Shown here: piece by piece, positions 61,651 through 64,000 of the stretch | How the letters are laid out: the number at the start of each line of letters is the position of its first letter | How positions within the stretch are numbered: position 1 is the stretch's first letter | Notes under the pieces: generated by a model | Told to the model about the DNA's origin: nothing | The model's database searches: none | The model's input: the letters and a program-made list of their open reading frames with translations, nothing else | NCBI GenBank assembly: GCA_964016885.1 | Contig: OZ024741.1 | Span: forward strand, 249,178,001-249,242,000 | Direction of reading: 5' to 3' | Length of the DNA stretch: 64,000 nucleotides | Origin: Eledone cirrhosa | Taxonomy: Eukaryota | Position numbers and translations under genes: made by a program

Positions 61651-64000
61651 TCAGGGGGAGATAATTTGTAAAAAAAAATTAGGGGGAGATAATTTGTAAA
61701 AAAAAATCAGGGGGAGATAATTTGTAAAAAAAAATCAGGGGGAGATAATTTGTAAAAAAATCAAGGGGAGATAATTTCCAGCCGTCCAAGGGGAGATAAT
61801 TTTCAGCCGTCCAAGGAGAGGTAAATTCTAGCCGTCCAAGGAGATATAATTTCCAGCCGTCCAAGGGGAGATAATTTCCAGCCGTCCAAGGGGAGATAAT
61901 TTTTAAAAAAAAATCAGGCGGAGATAATTTGTAAACAAAAATCAGGGGGAGATAATTTTTAAAAAAAAATCAGGGGGAGATAATTTGTAAAAAAAAATCA
62001 GGGGGAGATAATTTGTAAAAAAAATCAAGGGGAGATAATTTCCAGCCGTCCAAGGGGAGGTAATATCTAGCCATCCAAGGGGAGATAATTTCCAGCCGTC
62101 CAAGGGGAGATAATTTCCAGCCGTCCAAGGGGAGATAATATCCAGCCGTCCAAGGAGACATATTTTCCAGCCGTCCAAGGAGAGGTAATTTCTAGCCGTC
62201 CAAGGGGAGATAAGTTCCAGCCTCCAAGGGGAGATAATTTCCAGCCAGCCAAGGGGAGATAATTTGTAAAAAAATCAGGGGGGAGATAATTTGTAAAAAA
62301 AATCAGGGGGAGATAATTTGAAAAAAAAATCAGGGGGAGATAATTTGTAAAAAATATCAAGGGGAGATAATTTCCAGCCCTCCAAGGGGCTATAATTTCC
62401 AGCCGTGCAAGGGGAGATAATTTCCAGCCGTCCAAGGGGAGATAATTTCCATCCTTCCAAGGGGAGATAATTTCCAGCCGTCCAAGGGGAGATAATTTCC
62501 CGCCAGCCAAGGGAAGATAATTTTTTAAAAAATCAGGCGGAGATTGTAAAAAAAATCAGGGGGAGATAATTTGTAAAAAAAATCAGGGGGAGATAATTTG
62601 TAAAAAAAATCAGGGGGAGATAATTTGTAAAAAAAATCAGGGGTAGATAATTTTCAGCCGTCCAAGGGGAGATAATTTCCATCCTTCCAAGGGGAGATAA
62701 TTTCCAGCCGTCCAAGGGGAGATAATTTCCCGCCAGCCAAGGAGAGATAACATTTAAAAAAATCAGGCGGAGATAATTTGTAAAAAAAATCAGGGGGAGA
62801 TAATTTGTAAAAAAATCAGGGGGAGATAATTTGTAAAAAAAATCAGGGGTAGATAATTTCCAGCCGTCCAAGGGGAGATAATTTCCATCCTTCCAAGGGG
62901 AGATAATTTCCAGCCGTCCAAGGGGAGATAATTTCCCGCCAGCCAAGGAGAGATAATATTTAAAAAAATCAGGCGGAGATAATTTGTAAAAAAAATCAGG
63001 GGGAGATAATTTGTAAAAAAATCAGGGGGAGATAATTTGTAAAAAAAAATCAGGGGGAGATAATTTGTAAAAAAAATCAGGGGGAGATAATTTGTAAAAA
63101 AAAATCAGGGGTAGATAATTTGTAAAAAAAAATCAGGGGGAGATAATTTGTAAAAAAAAAATCAGGGGGAGATAATTTGTAAAAAAATCAAGGGGAGATA
63201 ATTTCCAGCCGTCCAAGGGGAGATAATTTTCAGCCGTCCAAGGAGAGGTAATTTCTAGCCGTCCAAGGGGAGATAATTTCCAGCCGTCCAAGGGGAGATA
63301 ATTTTTTTAAAAAAATCAGGCGGAGATAATTTGTAAACAAAAATCAGGGGGAGATAATTTGTAAAAAAAAATCAGGGGGAGATAATTTGTAAAAAAAAAT
63401 CAGGGGGAGATAATTTGTAAAAAAAATCAAGGGGAGATAATTTCCAGCCGTCCAAGGGGAGGTAATATCTAGCCATCCAAGGGGAGATAATTTCCAGCCG
63501 TCCAAGGGGAGATAATTTCCAGCCGTCCAAGGGGAGATAATATCCAGCCGTCCAAGGAGACATATTTTCCAGCCGTCCAAGGAGACGTAATTTCTAGCCG
63601 TCCAAGGGGAGATAAGTTCCAGCCTCCAAGGGGAGATAATTTCCAGCCAGCCAAGGGGAGATAATTTGTAAAAAAATTAGGGGGAGATAATTTGTAAAAA
63701 AAAATTAGGGGGAGATAATTTGTAAAAAAAAATCAGGGGGAGATAATTTGTAAAAAAAAATCAGGGGGAGATAATTTGTAAAAAAAATCAAGGGGAGATA
63801 ATTTCCAGCCGTCCAAGGGGAGATAATTTTCAGCCGTCCAAGGAGAGGTAAATTCTAGCCGTCCAAGGAGATATAATTTCCAGCCGTCCAAGGGGAGATA
63901 ATTTCCAGCCAGCCAAGGGGAGATAATTTGTAAAAAAATCAGGGGGAGATAATTTGTAAAAAAAAAATCAGGGGGAGATAATTTGTAAAAAAATCAGGGG
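61651..64000 (+). repeat. Further S-Q-T-R-R-P-Q-S segment of the about 2-kb HOR type, not part of the 9211-bp duplication
   Basis: ORFs 62067..62510 and 63344..63580 parallel 19398..19841 and 20674..20910, but A-run counts and SNPs differ. Confidence 0.8.

Larger units (their letters stand above)
1..64000. repeat. Composite tandem satellite/minisatellite array of two related monomers (27-bp type A and 25-bp type B), extending beyond both window edges
   Basis: The core GGGGAGATAATTT or a close variant recurs every 20-29 bp from base 1 to 64000 in a single orientation. It is followed either by GT(A)7-10TCAG (type A) or by CCAGCCGTCCAA (type B). No non-repeat sequence seen. Confidence 0.99.

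Noticed and set aside
286-63654. All minus-strand ORFs (e.g. MAGGKLSPLGRLEIISPW..., FFTNYLPLI repeats)
   Set aside because: They are translations of the satellite. They mostly open at non-ATG codons, overlap in several frames, and shift frame with 25-bp units and variable A runs. They exist because the minus strand has few stops, whereas the + strand has TAA in nearly every monomer. There is no domain-like content.
1-64000. CRISPR-like constant repeat plus spacer pattern
   Set aside because: The core is only 13 bp, the 'spacers' are two recurring 12-16 bp sequences and not unique, and there are no cas genes or leader.
1-64000. Transposon, Helitron or plasmid-iteron origin of the array
   Set aside because: No terminal repeats, target-site duplications, transposase or Rep coding sequence, or unique flanks occur in the window, so this cannot be supported.

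Overview
The whole 64 kb is one uninterrupted, head-to-tail tandem satellite array (about 2,400 monomers). I found no unique sequence, inversion, credible gene, RNA gene or transposon; it is most likely eukaryotic heterochromatin, and the taxon cannot be determined from the sequence. Two monomer types share a 13-bp core GGGGAGATAATTT. Type A is TCAGGGGGAGATAATTTGT(A)7-10 (26-29 bp, about 30% GC) and type B is CCAAGGGGAGATAATTTCCAGCCGT (25 bp, about 52% GC). Runs of A alternate with a small vocabulary of stereotyped B blocks (here named P, Q, R, S, T). These are assembled into nested higher-order repeats of 206, about 1257, about 2026, 4066, 9211 and about 22,222 bp. Private variants let several breakpoints be mapped to windows of a few to about 35 bp and let the duplications be put in order. 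All ORFs in the track are minus-strand translations of the repeat. Offsets come from ORF-track coordinates and comparison by eye, not from a computed alignment.
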